Origin: an uncultured virus (IMG/VR IMGVR_UViG_3300029955_000017)
Taxonomy: Duplodnaviria; Heunggongvirae; Uroviricota; Caudoviricetes
DNA length: 64,000 nt
IMG/VR virus record: IMGVR_UViG_3300029955_000017
Reading direction: 5' to 3' (one strand)
The notes beneath the pieces were generated by a model that did not search any database, was not told where the DNA came from, and saw only the letters and a program-made list of their open reading frames with translations. This document shows, in pieces, positions 1-10,305 of this stretch (the stretch's first letter is position 1; each line of letters starts with the position of its first letter). The position numbers were made by a program, and so were the translations under genes.

Positions 1-2
1 GA

Positions 3-3000
3 CTCAATGGAATGGGCGGGGGTATCGCAGCGCCGTTTACGCAAACAGGCCAATTCATGATGGGTCAAATGGCATACGGCGCTCAACAACAGCAGATGCT
101 GGATTCCAACCTGCGCCAGTCCTACCGCTTCCCTAATTCCTTTGGCGGCCGAGGTTTTTCTGGAACGGATACCGCTTTAATCGGTTCGAGTTTGCGACAG
201 GCATCGCATCAGCGGGGTCCGGGCGGGGAGAGCGCAAGCTTCGAAGAGCTTGGGCAGCTCGCATCCAACATGGGCCGTATGGGCATGGCCGAAGGGGTAC
301 GCTCGGTCAAAGATTTCAACGAGAAGTTCAAGACGATGCTGAGCACGGTCAAGACCATCGCGACCGAGCTGGGCACGTCCCTAGAGGAAGCGCAGAAGGT
401 CATGGCTTCCTTGAAAGGCACCGGCATCTTCAAAGGCCAAGGGCAGTTCACCTCCTTGATGCGCCAGGGAGCGCTTGCCGGGAACATGTCGATAGCGGAG
501 ATGAGCTCGGCGGCCATGATGGGCGCGCAAATCTCCCGGTCCGTTGGTGGCCTTGGTAAATCCGGAGCTTATGCGGGCGTGCACACGCTCTCCAACATCG
601 GCGCCGCGACACAAGCCGGGGTCATGAGCGAAGAGGACATCTACAACGCTACCGGATTGACGGGCGCTGAAGGGCGGCAAGCCATGGCGCAGAACATGAT
701 GAGCACCGACGCGCACTTCTTTAGTGGGCAACTCGGGCGGCGCGCTCTGGCGGCCATGGCCGGCAAAAACGGTCAATTGGACCTTTCTGCCATGCGCACT
801 TTCATGAGTGGGGGCGTGGGCACCGGGGGAACCATGGCGATGGCCCGGCAGCACACCGGGGGTCTTGGGGGGCGCGCCAACTTCATTCGAAACGAAGGGC
901 GTCTGCGCGGCGAAGCCATGAAGGCGTTTGGGGGATTGGGCACGGCCATGGTGGCCAAGAACTGGCTCGAGTCCCAGGGCAAGGACATGGACGCGATGGA
1001 CGACCGGTCCATGCTCTTCTTCCAACGCAAGTTCGGCGTTGGGCGCGATGAAGCCGATCAGATGATCAAGATGGCCCGCAACATGGACACCATCTTGGCG
1101 CAACGGCAGAAGTCCCAAGAAAACGATCAGTACCTACGCCGGGCAGATCAAGCCGATCGCGCCAGCAAACCCGAAGAGATCGTTAAGCGTTTGGAGATGG
1201 CGCGCAACGAGATCAATGACGGTTTACGGGAAGTGGGCGCCAGCTTTTATAAGAGCATGGCGACGAGCATTGGCGAGTTCATGGGCAAGATGTCCGGCGA
1301 ATACGTTCAGCGTCGGCGCGCGGCCATGGCGGGCATTGTCAATCAAATGCTGAAGGGCGGCCCCGGTACTGACTCGATGATGGCGAAGGAGCTCGGTATT
1401 GTAAAGGGCGCCCATGGGTACGAAGCCCTCGGGGGACAGAGCGCTGGTAGTAAAGCCATAGGGGCTGACTTGTTTGGAGATAGCAAACTCTCCGGAGCGC
1501 AGTTCAATCGGTTTTTGGGCTCTAACGCGCAGCGCTTTCGTGACGCTGGGTATGACATTACGGGCGCCAAGAGCATGGGGGATGTCAACGCCATTCAGCA
1601 GCAAGCGTTTCAAGCGGCGCTGGGCTTCTCCGTGGGGGGTTCCAAGAGGGGCGGCGAAGGCTTTGATGAAAAGACCCAAGCGGCTTTCGGTGCTTTGGCG
1701 GGCAATGGCATCAAAGGCTACGGCGCGGAGTTCACCAAGAGCTTTGAGACCATATTGGGTCAGCTGGATACTTCTGGGGGGAAGATGCTGGCGCGGAAGT
1801 TCAAGGATGCGAGCGCAAAAGAACGCGGACGCATGATGAGCGACATCTTGGAGAAATCCGGTCTGAAAGATGTGTACGCGGACCGTTTGCAGGCGCCAAG
1901 TGCGTTTGGCAGCAGTGCGATGGGAAGCAAGTACGCAACGCTTGATGCAGAGAACCGTGCCGTCGGCGGTCTCATTCTGGGGGATCGCTCGCGCTACGGC
2001 GCAGAGGGGCCGGAAGGTATCGGACACCGCATTCAATCCCTTGGCGGGGACATGTCGCTTTTGATGGGCGGCGATCAATCCCGTGGGGGGCGCGGGGTTG
2101 CAAAGGCGACCAACTGGTTGTCTAAGCAATTCAGCGGCGTCGACGCTTTCATGAAGGACTACATGTCCGATACTGCAAAGGGTGCGGAGAACCGCAACCA
2201 AGTGGGTGGCGCGGTAAGCGATTCCGTCGAAGCGATGACTCTTGGAATAACCGGGGGGCGTCTTGGGGGTTGGTTCGGGGATAAGGCCAAGAGCTTGTTG
2301 GGGGGCGCCACCGATACGGAGCGACAAGGCGTCACGGAGTTTTTGAAGGGAGATTCCGCGCGCACGATGGCCGGTACGCTACTGACCGGGGACTCCAAAG
2401 CGGTAAACCAAACCCTGGGGGACATTAGTAAGCGCCGCGGTTCGTTGGCGGGTATGAAAAACCGAACGGCCATTGAGGGTGCAGAGATGGAAGGGCTTCA
2501 AGCGCTCGAAGCCATGGGGCGCATTCGGGCGGCGGGGGGACAACCCACCAAAGACCAGTTGGCTCAAATTGCGCAGCAAACTGGGTATGGGGACGTTGCT
2601 TCCATGTTGAATGCATCTGGGGGCGCAGACGCTACAGCGCGTCATGAATGGTTGCGGGATCGCGCCCAAGCGTTTGAAGGTATGGGAATGCAAGCCCAGG
2701 GGGATGCGCTCGCAAGCGCAGCTTCTAACAAAGACATCGATGCGTCCCTTGCTTCAGGCGACATCAAGGTTAGCCGAGAAGCCTTGGCGTACCGCAAAGC
2801 TGCGCAGGGAATTCGGCAGCAACAAACGGGGTACACAGGGGATACGTCAGAAGAGGGCGTACGCGCGAACTTTGCCCGTCTGAACAGTGTCACGGGGGCT
2901 CAGGATGTTCTTGCGAAGAATAGGGCAGGGATGTCCGTCGCGCAAAAGCGCAAGATGGCGGGAGAACTTTCTCAAGTGGGTGAAGGGGATGAAGCCTCCC

Positions 3001-3482
3001 GTATGGCGGCTGAGGCGAACGCCGAGGGTAGGTTGACGAAGGGGCTTCAGCGTGGATCGGGTGGGGTTCTCGAAGTTGTTGCGGGAGCCCTCGGTGCTGA
3101 GCATCAAAAAGGTGAGTTCAAGAACGTGAAGGGGGGCGCCGGCGTTCAAGCATTGATGGAACGCCTGGGTCTTGGTAAGGGGTCCAATGTACAAGGGCGT
3201 GAAGACATCGAAAAAGACTTGATGGCGGTCGTAACGGGAAAGGATGCGGGGGGTAATGCGCTGTCCCCCGGTGCCCGCGGACAACTATTGGCCAGTCTTC
3301 AGGGACGTTCCCAGCTTCAAGAAGGCCAGAAGGAAAATCAAGATAAGAAGTCTGAAGGCAATGATCCGTCCTATCGGCGTTTGGGGGACATCGAAAAAAC
3401 GTTGGGGGAAGTAAAGAATGGCATCTCCATGGTCAACACATCGCTCCAGAGCAACCTGAAGGTTGAGGTGGTACAACACTGA
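3..3482 (+). CDS. Tape-measure-like tail protein (5' partial)
   Basis: >1150 aa, G/A/M-rich and helical; frame is open to the window edge; lies upstream of hub-like genes. Confidence 0.6.
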   Translation, partial: LNGMGGGIAAPFTQTGQFMMGQMAYGAQQQQMLDSNLRQSYRFPNSFGGRGFSGTDTALIGSSLRQASHQRGPGGESASFEELGQLASNMGRMGMAEGVRSVKDFNEKFKTMLSTVKTIATELGTSLEEAQKVMASLKGTGIFKGQGQFTSLMRQGALAGNMSIAEMSSAAMMGAQISRSVGGLGKSGAYAGVHTLSNIGAATQAGVMSEEDIYNATGLTGAEGRQAMAQNMMSTDAHFFSGQLGRRALAAMAGKNGQLDLSAMRTFMSGGVGTGGTMAMARQHTGGLGGRANFIRNEGRLRGEAMKAFGGLGTAMVAKNWLESQGKDMDAMDDRSMLFFQRKFGVGRDEADQMIKMARNMDTILAQRQKSQENDQYLRRADQADRASKPEEIVKRLEMARNEINDGLREVGASFYKSMATSIGEFMGKMSGEYVQRRRAAMAGIVNQMLKGGPGTDSMMAKELGIVKGAHGYEALGGQSAGSKAIGADLFGDSKLSGAQFNRFLGSNAQRFRDAGYDITGAKSMGDVNAIQQQAFQAALGFSVGGSKRGGEGFDEKTQAAFGALAGNGIKGYGAEFTKSFETILGQLDTSGGKMLARKFKDASAKERGRMMSDILEKSGLKDVYADRLQAPSAFGSSAMGSKYATLDAENRAVGGLILGDRSRYGAEGPEGIGHRIQSLGGDMSLLMGGDQSRGGRGVAKATNWLSKQFSGVDAFMKDYMSDTAKGAENRNQVGGAVSDSVEAMTLGITGGRLGGWFGDKAKSLLGGATDTERQGVTEFLKGDSARTMAGTLLTGDSKAVNQTLGDISKRRGSLAGMKNRTAIEGAEMEGLQALEAMGRIRAAGGQPTKDQLAQIAQQTGYGDVASMLNASGGADATARHEWLRDRAQAFEGMGMQAQGDALASAASNKDIDASLASGDIKVSREALAYRKAAQGIRQQQTGYTGDTSEEGVRANFARLNSVTGAQDVLAKNRAGMSVAQKRKMAGELSQVGEGDEASRMAAEANAEGRLTKGLQRGSGGVLEVVAGALGAEHQKGEFKNVKGGAGVQALMERLGLGKGSNVQGREDIEKDLMAVVTGKDAGGNALSPGARGQLLASLQGRSQLQEGQKENQDKKSEGNDPSYRRLGDIEKTLGEVKNGISMVNTSLQSNLKVEVVQH

Positions 3483-3751
3483 TGCGCTCTTTGCTTGCCC
3501 AAGGGCTAACCCCATTTACAACACCGGCCGGGTGTACCTTCGTACCCTGCCGCACCGAAGTGACGTTTTCTTTTCGCGCCAACGGGCGTCTTTACAACTT
3601 CGTCGCGCGGGACAAAGTCATCCCTGAGGACCCCTACTTTGTTCTTGTAAAAGCCGTTGCTTTCGCCATCCGTCAAGGAGAGCCGTACAATGGGCGTACC
3701 CCTGACCGTGCCCTCAAAGACTTCCTCATCAAGAGTAACCTGGTGATCTAA
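3482..3751 (+). CDS. hypothetical protein
   Basis: Stop/start coupled (TGATG) to upstream gene. Confidence 0.7.
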   Translation: MRSLLAQGLTPFTTPAGCTFVPCRTEVTFSFRANGRLYNFVARDKVIPEDPYFVLVKAVAFAIRQGEPYNGRTPDRALKDFLIKSNLVI

Positions 3752-4053
3752 TGTCGCTTTCTATTGTGATCCAGGATGACGGCCAAGCTCTTATCAGCGT
3801 CAATGGCGTTGTTATCAGCTACGTCAAGTCAATCAACATTGTCATCGACGAGCGGGAACACCCTGTTCCTCATATCGCGATTGCCCTCCACGACCCCGAC
3901 GACATTAAAGACTCTACGCTGCGTGTTAGCCTGCGGCGTATGCTTCTGAATTACAAGATGGCGCTGGCGCTACATCCTCTGATTCGCATAGCAGGGTACC
4001 GCAATACTCTCAGGGAATTTCCCGCAGTACCCCCTTCAGAGCCGAAAGTGTAG
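3751..4053 (+). CDS. hypothetical protein
   Basis: TAATG coupling. Confidence 0.7.
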   Translation: MSLSIVIQDDGQALISVNGVVISYVKSINIVIDEREHPVPHIAIALHDPDDIKDSTLRVSLRRMLLNYKMALALHPLIRIAGYRNTLREFPAVPPSEPKV

Positions 4054-4081
4054 GTGCGTCATCGCTATCTATATTGAGCTG

Positions 4082-6316
4082 GTGACCTCGGCGTTCAACG
4101 CCAATTTCGCGCAGCAAGCGCGAGCGCTTCAAAATGGGGGTGGGGGTAGCCGCGCCAGTCGCGCAGGGAAGACGGTTGCGCGCCGCCCGGTACGCGGCAT
4201 CGAAATAAAAGACGACACCTACGCCAACCTAAAGGTCATCATGGCCGATGGGTCGGCCCTTCCCCTCCTTGACTCCAGTTCGAGCACGGGCACCAACACT
4301 GACGGCTACACCAATTTCATTCTTCAAACGGTGCAAGAGCAACGTATGGAGAAGCATCAAATTGTTGAGACCTTCGGGGACTCCTACGTCTTCTTCTTTG
4401 GTGAGAGCCCCCGCTTTCTTGATTGCCAAGCGCTCCTCATCAACACCAATGATTTCAACTGGCGCGCAGAGTGGTGGTACAATTACGAGAAATACTTGCG
4501 AGGAACCAAACTCGTAGAACTCGGCGCGCGCTGCTACATGGCGTGGGATGACATTGTTCTCGAAGGCTACATGCTCATGGCGGTGGCCGATGAGGCAGCG
4601 GATCAGCCTTATTCCGTTACTCTTCAGTTCAAGTTCTTTGTTACCAATTATCAGAACGTAAGCTTGAGCAACGTGGCGCAGTTTCCGGTGCGTTCGAGCG
4701 TGCAGCTCCCACCAGGTGTAGAGCTCACCCAATCCGATGCGTTCAGCCAACTGCAGGCGTACTACCGCGGTGCGGCGGCGAGCCAAGGGGCTTCCGACGC
4801 CCTACCTCAGGGTCAGGCGCTGCTCGGATTCGAGTTGCAGCAGGGAGGTTTGCCCGTTGGTTCCCTCGCGTCCCCGGTTCTGACGTCCACAGGCCCGACG
4901 TCCTATGCGTTTGGGGCTTCCGCCGGCGCGAGCATCAGTGCGAGCTTGGGCGCTGGGGTCGGTGGTGGGTTTGGCGCTAGCGCCGTGGCCAGCATCGGGT
5001 TCGGCGCTAGCGCGTCGGCGTCCACCGGGGCGGGAGCTTCCATGAACCTTGGTATCGGGGCAGGCGCCCAAGCCACCGCGGGGTTTGGCTCGGCTACCAC
5101 CATTTCTCAGCAAATTCGACAGCTGCCCCCCGCGGCTGTAACCGACCCGTCCATCTGGAATGCCGTCCAAGGGACCCCAGCGGCAGGTGACGCGGGACAA
5201 TACTTTACGCAACGCGGCGCTCTACGCGGGCTCATCGCGGAAAACGTAGATGAGTACCTCGGGGGTTCCGGCGACTCCGTCGCGCTGCGCCCGGGGTTGC
5301 AAGATCCCAACGACCCCACCGCGAGCGCGCTGAGCGACGTACAGATGGGTCCTCAAGAGCTTGACGCAGGGTTGCCTTTCAGTGTGATGAGTACGCTGGC
5401 GTCTTTGGGGGTAACCACGGATCAAGACACGCTCGATGCCCTTGGTCTCGGCCCCAATTTCTCCCTGGCGTATCAGATGAGCGTCTCCGCGTACGTGACG
5501 TCGTCGGGCTACGGCGCCACGGTGGGCACCAGCACATCCTTCGGGGGCGCCTCGGCGCAAAACGTCAGCTTCAGCCCGTTGAACAACGCGTCACTAGGGA
5601 CGTCACCGGCCAATACTGTTGGACTGAGTGCGCTCGCTGGGTATTACGCGAACACCGCGGACAACAGCAGCTTCATCGCGGCATCACCCTATTACAAATA
5701 CCGCGATCCCCTGGGTGCGGTGTATGGCAGTACCAGTGCCACGACGACAGGGTTTGACCCTGCGCGTTACCAATTCGTTGAGGGCGCTGGGAACCCCACG
5801 TACGGGTATGACAGTCCCTATGGGGACGTGGGATACGGCCAGGCAGGGTACGGAGACTTCGGGGGTACTGGCTTCGGATCGGGTAATTCAACGGGGGATC
5901 CGGGGTACATGAACGCGCAAGCGGTTAGTGTCACCAGCGCAGATTCTTCCGTGATGTCAGCGCTCTCTCGTCTCAAGTTTGACGGCACCGCGCTCACCCC
6001 GGGCCCCTCGTTGGGGAGCACTGCGACGTTGGGCGCGGCGTCGTCGCATGTACCGGGCGTCAGCTCCGCGTTTTCCGTGACGTCGTTTGAAGGCTCCTTC
6101 AGCGATTGGGTTTTGGCAGCTACGGCCGAGCCAGTTCCTGTGTACGGTCAAACGCCTACAGGCCCTGGCGCGGGACAAGATACGGGCCCTGACTTGGGTT
6201 ACTCTGCCTACCGACGCAGCAAAACCCCCTTGGCGCAGCCCTACGTGTCGACCGTACAACCTCCGGCCATTCCTCTTTCTCAATCCCCCGGCTTTTCGTA
6301 CTTTGGCTTTTCCTGA
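4082..6316 (+). CDS. Virion structural protein (tail-tube/baseplate-like N-domain, G/A/S low-complexity C-part)
   Basis: Beta-rich N-terminal ~200 aa; position between TMP-like and hub-like genes; TATATT-N6-GTG upstream. Confidence 0.55.
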   Translation: MTSAFNANFAQQARALQNGGGGSRASRAGKTVARRPVRGIEIKDDTYANLKVIMADGSALPLLDSSSSTGTNTDGYTNFILQTVQEQRMEKHQIVETFGDSYVFFFGESPRFLDCQALLINTNDFNWRAEWWYNYEKYLRGTKLVELGARCYMAWDDIVLEGYMLMAVADEAADQPYSVTLQFKFFVTNYQNVSLSNVAQFPVRSSVQLPPGVELTQSDAFSQLQAYYRGAAASQGASDALPQGQALLGFELQQGGLPVGSLASPVLTSTGPTSYAFGASAGASISASLGAGVGGGFGASAVASIGFGASASASTGAGASMNLGIGAGAQATAGFGSATTISQQIRQLPPAAVTDPSIWNAVQGTPAAGDAGQYFTQRGALRGLIAENVDEYLGGSGDSVALRPGLQDPNDPTASALSDVQMGPQELDAGLPFSVMSTLASLGVTTDQDTLDALGLGPNFSLAYQMSVSAYVTSSGYGATVGTSTSFGGASAQNVSFSPLNNASLGTSPANTVGLSALAGYYANTADNSSFIAASPYYKYRDPLGAVYGSTSATTTGFDPARYQFVEGAGNPTYGYDSPYGDVGYGQAGYGDFGGTGFGSGNSTGDPGYMNAQAVSVTSADSSVMSALSRLKFDGTALTPGPSLGSTATLGAASSHVPGVSSAFSVTSFEGSFSDWVLAATAEPVPVYGQTPTGPGAGQDTGPDLGYSAYRRSKTPLAQPYVSTVQPPAIPLSQSPGFSYFGFS

Positions 6317-9300
6317 TGCAAGCTGCCCACGCTCAGACCCTTCACCTTCGCTTGTTCTTGGAAGGCATTGAGGTTCCTGTCATCGGCGCCCAGGTGCAAT
6401 GCGCACCGAACAGCCCGGCGGTGGCTACCATTCAAATCGCGCCGTTGGTGGAAGCCACGCGATTGCACCCGCGCACCACGGTGCACTTGTTCTTCTTGGA
6501 CTTGTACGCCACCCCGCTCGCGATCAGCGGCAACACCCACCAAGGACAAGCCGCTACCAGTCCTACGGACGCAGAAGCCACAAGCCAAGGAACCAGCGAC
6601 GATACCCGCTGGAAGCTTCTTTTTGGTGGGGAAGTGGTGGGCTTTACCTGGACTAAAGACGCGCTCAACCGTTCCGTGATTCTGCAGTGTGAGGATTGGA
6701 GTAATTACTGGGATTACGCGCTGCAAGCAGAGAACACAGACATCTTTGGGCCGGGGATGAAGGCCATCTTCAGCGGGGCCTCCACCAATCTCTTTACGGA
6801 CTTCTTACAGAGCAACGGCGAAGTTCTGACGCAAATCGTTACCAGTGGTAAGTGCAACACGTTCCCCACGTTGAAGGGACTGGCCGCCGGTGTCATCCGT
6901 TTGATGGAAGTGGTGGGTGGAAGTTACTACGTGTTTCCTACGGGCAATAGCAGCGCGCCCCCGAAGCGCTGTGCCGGCCAGAACATTTTCTTTAGCTACA
7001 ACGAACTGCGCCTTCATCTGACACAAATGGTTGGGACACCGAGCAAGGACCCAACTAGCGAGCGCATCATGAAGTACCAGGGGTACAGCGGAATGTTCTC
7101 CCGCGCTCTGGGTGCTCAAGGGGGAGAAGTTTCAATTCGGCAGGCTATGAATGCCATTTCGAAGATCATTTTCTATGAGATGCACCCACAACCTTGTCCT
7201 CAGTACATCCCGGGGTCGTACGGGGAAGTGAGCGGCATGAAGCGCGTAAAGCTTGCGGACAATCCGGACTTTGGTCAGTTCGCAACCACTGCTAATGACG
7301 TCGTCACGGGTATCGCGGATCTCTTGACCCAACTTGGAACGGTGTCGACGGGGGATCCTGCAAGCTACACCGCTAGCGTGCACACCTTGGCCACGACATT
7401 GATTCAGCAATTGGGCAGTGCTCGACGAACGCTGCTGCGTGCGGTAGCCCAAATGCGCAATGTGCCCGAACCGGCGCCCTCTTTGATGAGCGCCTCGGCG
7501 CAGCTTTTGGGGCAAGCGTTGACATCCGCGCAAGCGCTGGGAGGCGCCAGCGTCCAGGGTAAGAGTTCTTCCAGCATGCTCAGCGCGCTGCAACAAACGT
7601 TGACCCAAGCGCAGCAGAAGCTGCAGCAGGTGGCTAGTACCGACACGTACGTGGGTGGGGGTGTTAACCGAACGCCTGCACAGCTTTACCAACAGGTGTT
7701 TCGCCCCGACGTTTGGTTTACGGCGCCGCCGCGCTGCAACGTGTTCTTTCCTGAACTCTATCAGGGTTTGAGCTACCAGCGTTCCTTCCTAAAAGAACCC
7801 ACGCGTCTGATGCTGAAGACCAATGACGAGTTCTTCGGCGAGGACACGCTCTTCGACAACTTCTACTTTGCTCCCACCGCGGGTACCGTGAAGGGCGAGC
7901 AGGCGAACTTGACGAAGATGCTTCAATCGCAGCTTCTTCTGCACGAGCGCTTTACAGGAATCTTGCCGGTCTTCGAGAAGATGGGCGAGTTCAATGTCTT
8001 CGCGTCTCAAGCGGAGCATCGTGTGGGTATTAAGAAAGTAGGCTTGGCGCAACGCACGGCCAATTTTCTCTACTTCCGTCATCGGTTCAACGCGCGGCGC
8101 ATGACGGTGTCGGGCAAGTTCAATCCGTACATTGCCGTGGGCTGCCCGGGGCTCATCCTCGATAAGTACGTCAACCGCGATGCCATCGCGCGGTACAACG
8201 CCTTGTGCGCACAACAGAATGTGCCGCAGACCGACGCGGGCGCGATCCTCGGAACCAACTTCCTCGGGAACTTCGCACAAGTTGTTCATCAAGCATCCGC
8301 CATGGGGCCCAACGGATCGACCGACATCCAAATCACGTTCGCGCGTCAGCCTGAAGAGCGCATTGACTTCTTGGGGGCCATCCCTGATGACGCTCGCGTA
8401 CGCCAACGCGTTGATGGCGCCGACGCCGTTCGGTCAACGACCGTAGCGGCTCTTGCCGCACCGGCGATCTTCTCCCTTGGGCCTAGTAACGGTGTCATCA
8501 GCAATGTGGTTGATGTGACGTCGTCTTCTACGGGACAGTCACTGCCCTTTTTCTATTCGGGGTTCAAACGCAATTCGAGCTTTCGCCCCCCAAGCGTCCC
8601 AATCGGCGTCGACGTGAGCGCCAGCGCTTTAGGTTCTGATGACCTCATGAACTTGCTCGGGGGACCTGGCGTAACGGCGTACTTCCGCGCGTACACCGTG
8701 ACCGAGAGCATCCCCCGGTACCGCAGCGAAGAAATGCTGCTTCCCGCTGAAGAATATATCCGGCCGGGTTGGTACGGGGACTGTTGGACTAATTCAAAGG
8801 TCGGCGAAGTTTGGAACGAGTTATTTGCCACGGGGGCCATCACCGACCCGCAAACCATCAGTGATCAGGGGCGCAGCTCAGCGGCATTGAGCCAGTCTCC
8901 TACCAGTGCCCAGCCCGACCCAACCAGTGGAAGCGATCCCGCTGGCGATGCACCGGGGGTGCTGTCCCTGCAAGCCAACGCGAGCATTCAACAAGCGGTA
9001 GAGTACTTGCTCTTAACCTACTCATACATTAAGCAATCGGGCGCGGACGTCGACGAGTTCATCGGTGCTTACACCTGGCGGCCCATCGCGACGCTCGTGG
9101 ACATGTTTGGTACCAGCGACTTGGCCTACGACGCCAACGGTGAAAACGTTGTGCAAGGGTATGAGGGGTTTCACTCTCGGGCGGTAGGCCCTTACAACAA
9201 TTTGTTCGGCTTGGTCACGCCTGATATTGAGACGGTGCTCAACATCAAGCGCGGGTCGACCGCCGCCCATAACATCGACATCCGCAAGGATCGCCGCGAT

Positions 9301-9354
9301 ATGGTTGAAGCCTACGTTACTGCATTGCTATACGGAAATGCTCTTCTCGGATGA
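6316..9354 (+). CDS. Baseplate hub-like tail protein
   Basis: 1012 aa; LFGGEVVGFTW...VILQCEDW and MTVSGKFNPYIAVGCPGLILD segments resemble hub (gp27/Mu gp44-like) folds; TGATG coupling. Confidence 0.55.
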   Translation: MQAAHAQTLHLRLFLEGIEVPVIGAQVQCAPNSPAVATIQIAPLVEATRLHPRTTVHLFFLDLYATPLAISGNTHQGQAATSPTDAEATSQGTSDDTRWKLLFGGEVVGFTWTKDALNRSVILQCEDWSNYWDYALQAENTDIFGPGMKAIFSGASTNLFTDFLQSNGEVLTQIVTSGKCNTFPTLKGLAAGVIRLMEVVGGSYYVFPTGNSSAPPKRCAGQNIFFSYNELRLHLTQMVGTPSKDPTSERIMKYQGYSGMFSRALGAQGGEVSIRQAMNAISKIIFYEMHPQPCPQYIPGSYGEVSGMKRVKLADNPDFGQFATTANDVVTGIADLLTQLGTVSTGDPASYTASVHTLATTLIQQLGSARRTLLRAVAQMRNVPEPAPSLMSASAQLLGQALTSAQALGGASVQGKSSSSMLSALQQTLTQAQQKLQQVASTDTYVGGGVNRTPAQLYQQVFRPDVWFTAPPRCNVFFPELYQGLSYQRSFLKEPTRLMLKTNDEFFGEDTLFDNFYFAPTAGTVKGEQANLTKMLQSQLLLHERFTGILPVFEKMGEFNVFASQAEHRVGIKKVGLAQRTANFLYFRHRFNARRMTVSGKFNPYIAVGCPGLILDKYVNRDAIARYNALCAQQNVPQTDAGAILGTNFLGNFAQVVHQASAMGPNGSTDIQITFARQPEERIDFLGAIPDDARVRQRVDGADAVRSTTVAALAAPAIFSLGPSNGVISNVVDVTSSSTGQSLPFFYSGFKRNSSFRPPSVPIGVDVSASALGSDDLMNLLGGPGVTAYFRAYTVTESIPRYRSEEMLLPAEEYIRPGWYGDCWTNSKVGEVWNELFATGAITDPQTISDQGRSSAALSQSPTSAQPDPTSGSDPAGDAPGVLSLQANASIQQAVEYLLLTYSYIKQSGADVDEFIGAYTWRPIATLVDMFGTSDLAYDANGENVVQGYEGFHSRAVGPYNNLFGLVTPDIETVLNIKRGSTAAHNIDIRKDRRDMVEAYVTALLYGNALLG

Positions 9355-9397
9355 AGCAGGCTCAGCCTTTGCACGCCCTTGGGGGTATTCTCCGGAC

Positions 9398-10303
9398 ATG
9401 CCCTCGGCCTTCTTCGACGAGCTTTGCAAGATCGCCGCCGCCAAAAGCCAGTTCAGCGTCCCCCAAACCCGTTCCGGGCGTCGGTCCATGACCGTAGAGA
9501 CGCTGCTTCGCAAAGAAAAAGACGGGTCGCTCTACAAAGAGAAGGCCAAGCTGGCCGACGCCATCTCGAGTGGATTGCAGCATATGGCCTACGGTCAAGG
9601 TCTTCTACATGGGGGATTGGCCGAGAAGGCGGGCAAGAACCCGAGAGACTTTGACCCCGTCGAATTGCATGAGGGCACAGAGGAAGAAGAGCAAGAGCAC
9701 ACCAAGGATGTGCCGACCGCGCGCCAAATCGCGATGGACCATTTGACTGAGCACCCACATTACTACAAGGCGCTCGACAAAATGGAGAAGCACCTCGATG
9801 AAGAAGAAGGTGAGAAGAAAGCGTGGGCCAAGCTCGCCGGTGTTTGGCGGAATCCGGCTTTGTACACGTACGGGGGACGACCCCGCAGCGGTTTAGACAA
9901 ACACGCCGACTCCTGGAAACCGCAGTGGCTTGAGGCATCGTTCTCGCCTGACAGCGGGTATGGCACCCAAAACGCCGTGGTGCGTGCGAAGACCAAGCCT
10001 GGGGACGGCCCCGCGGTAGATGAAGGGCTCACCGAAGGTCAAAAGCCACGGGTCGACGCCACCTATTCCCAGCCAACCAATAGTTTGGTAGCGCCCAAAG
10101 AGGCGGCGGCGTGGTCCAAAATTGCAAGGCCCGCGGTCATGGGGCAGCTCGTGAGGAGCCCGACGGACACATGCCCCGATGCGGCCAGCTTGGGTGCGCC
10201 CGGGCGTATGCGTCATGAACTCGAGCACAATCTTGTAATGGGCCCTCTATCGGATGCCCAGCCGCTTACCGGGACGTCAACCGACGCGTACCAGAGGACA
10301 TAA
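9398..10303 (+). CDS. Putative internal virion protein with DUF5661-like domain
   Basis: ELHEG..EE.EHTKD...ARQIAMDHL.EHPHYYKAL segment; N-terminal AFFDELCKIA; TATTCT-N6-ATG places the start at 9398. Confidence 0.65.
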   Translation: MPSAFFDELCKIAAAKSQFSVPQTRSGRRSMTVETLLRKEKDGSLYKEKAKLADAISSGLQHMAYGQGLLHGGLAEKAGKNPRDFDPVELHEGTEEEEQEHTKDVPTARQIAMDHLTEHPHYYKALDKMEKHLDEEEGEKKAWAKLAGVWRNPALYTYGGRPRSGLDKHADSWKPQWLEASFSPDSGYGTQNAVVRAKTKPGDGPAVDEGLTEGQKPRVDATYSQPTNSLVAPKEAAAWSKIARPAVMGQLVRSPTDTCPDAASLGAPGRMRHELEHNLVMGPLSDAQPLTGTSTDAYQRT

Positions 10304-10305
10304 AC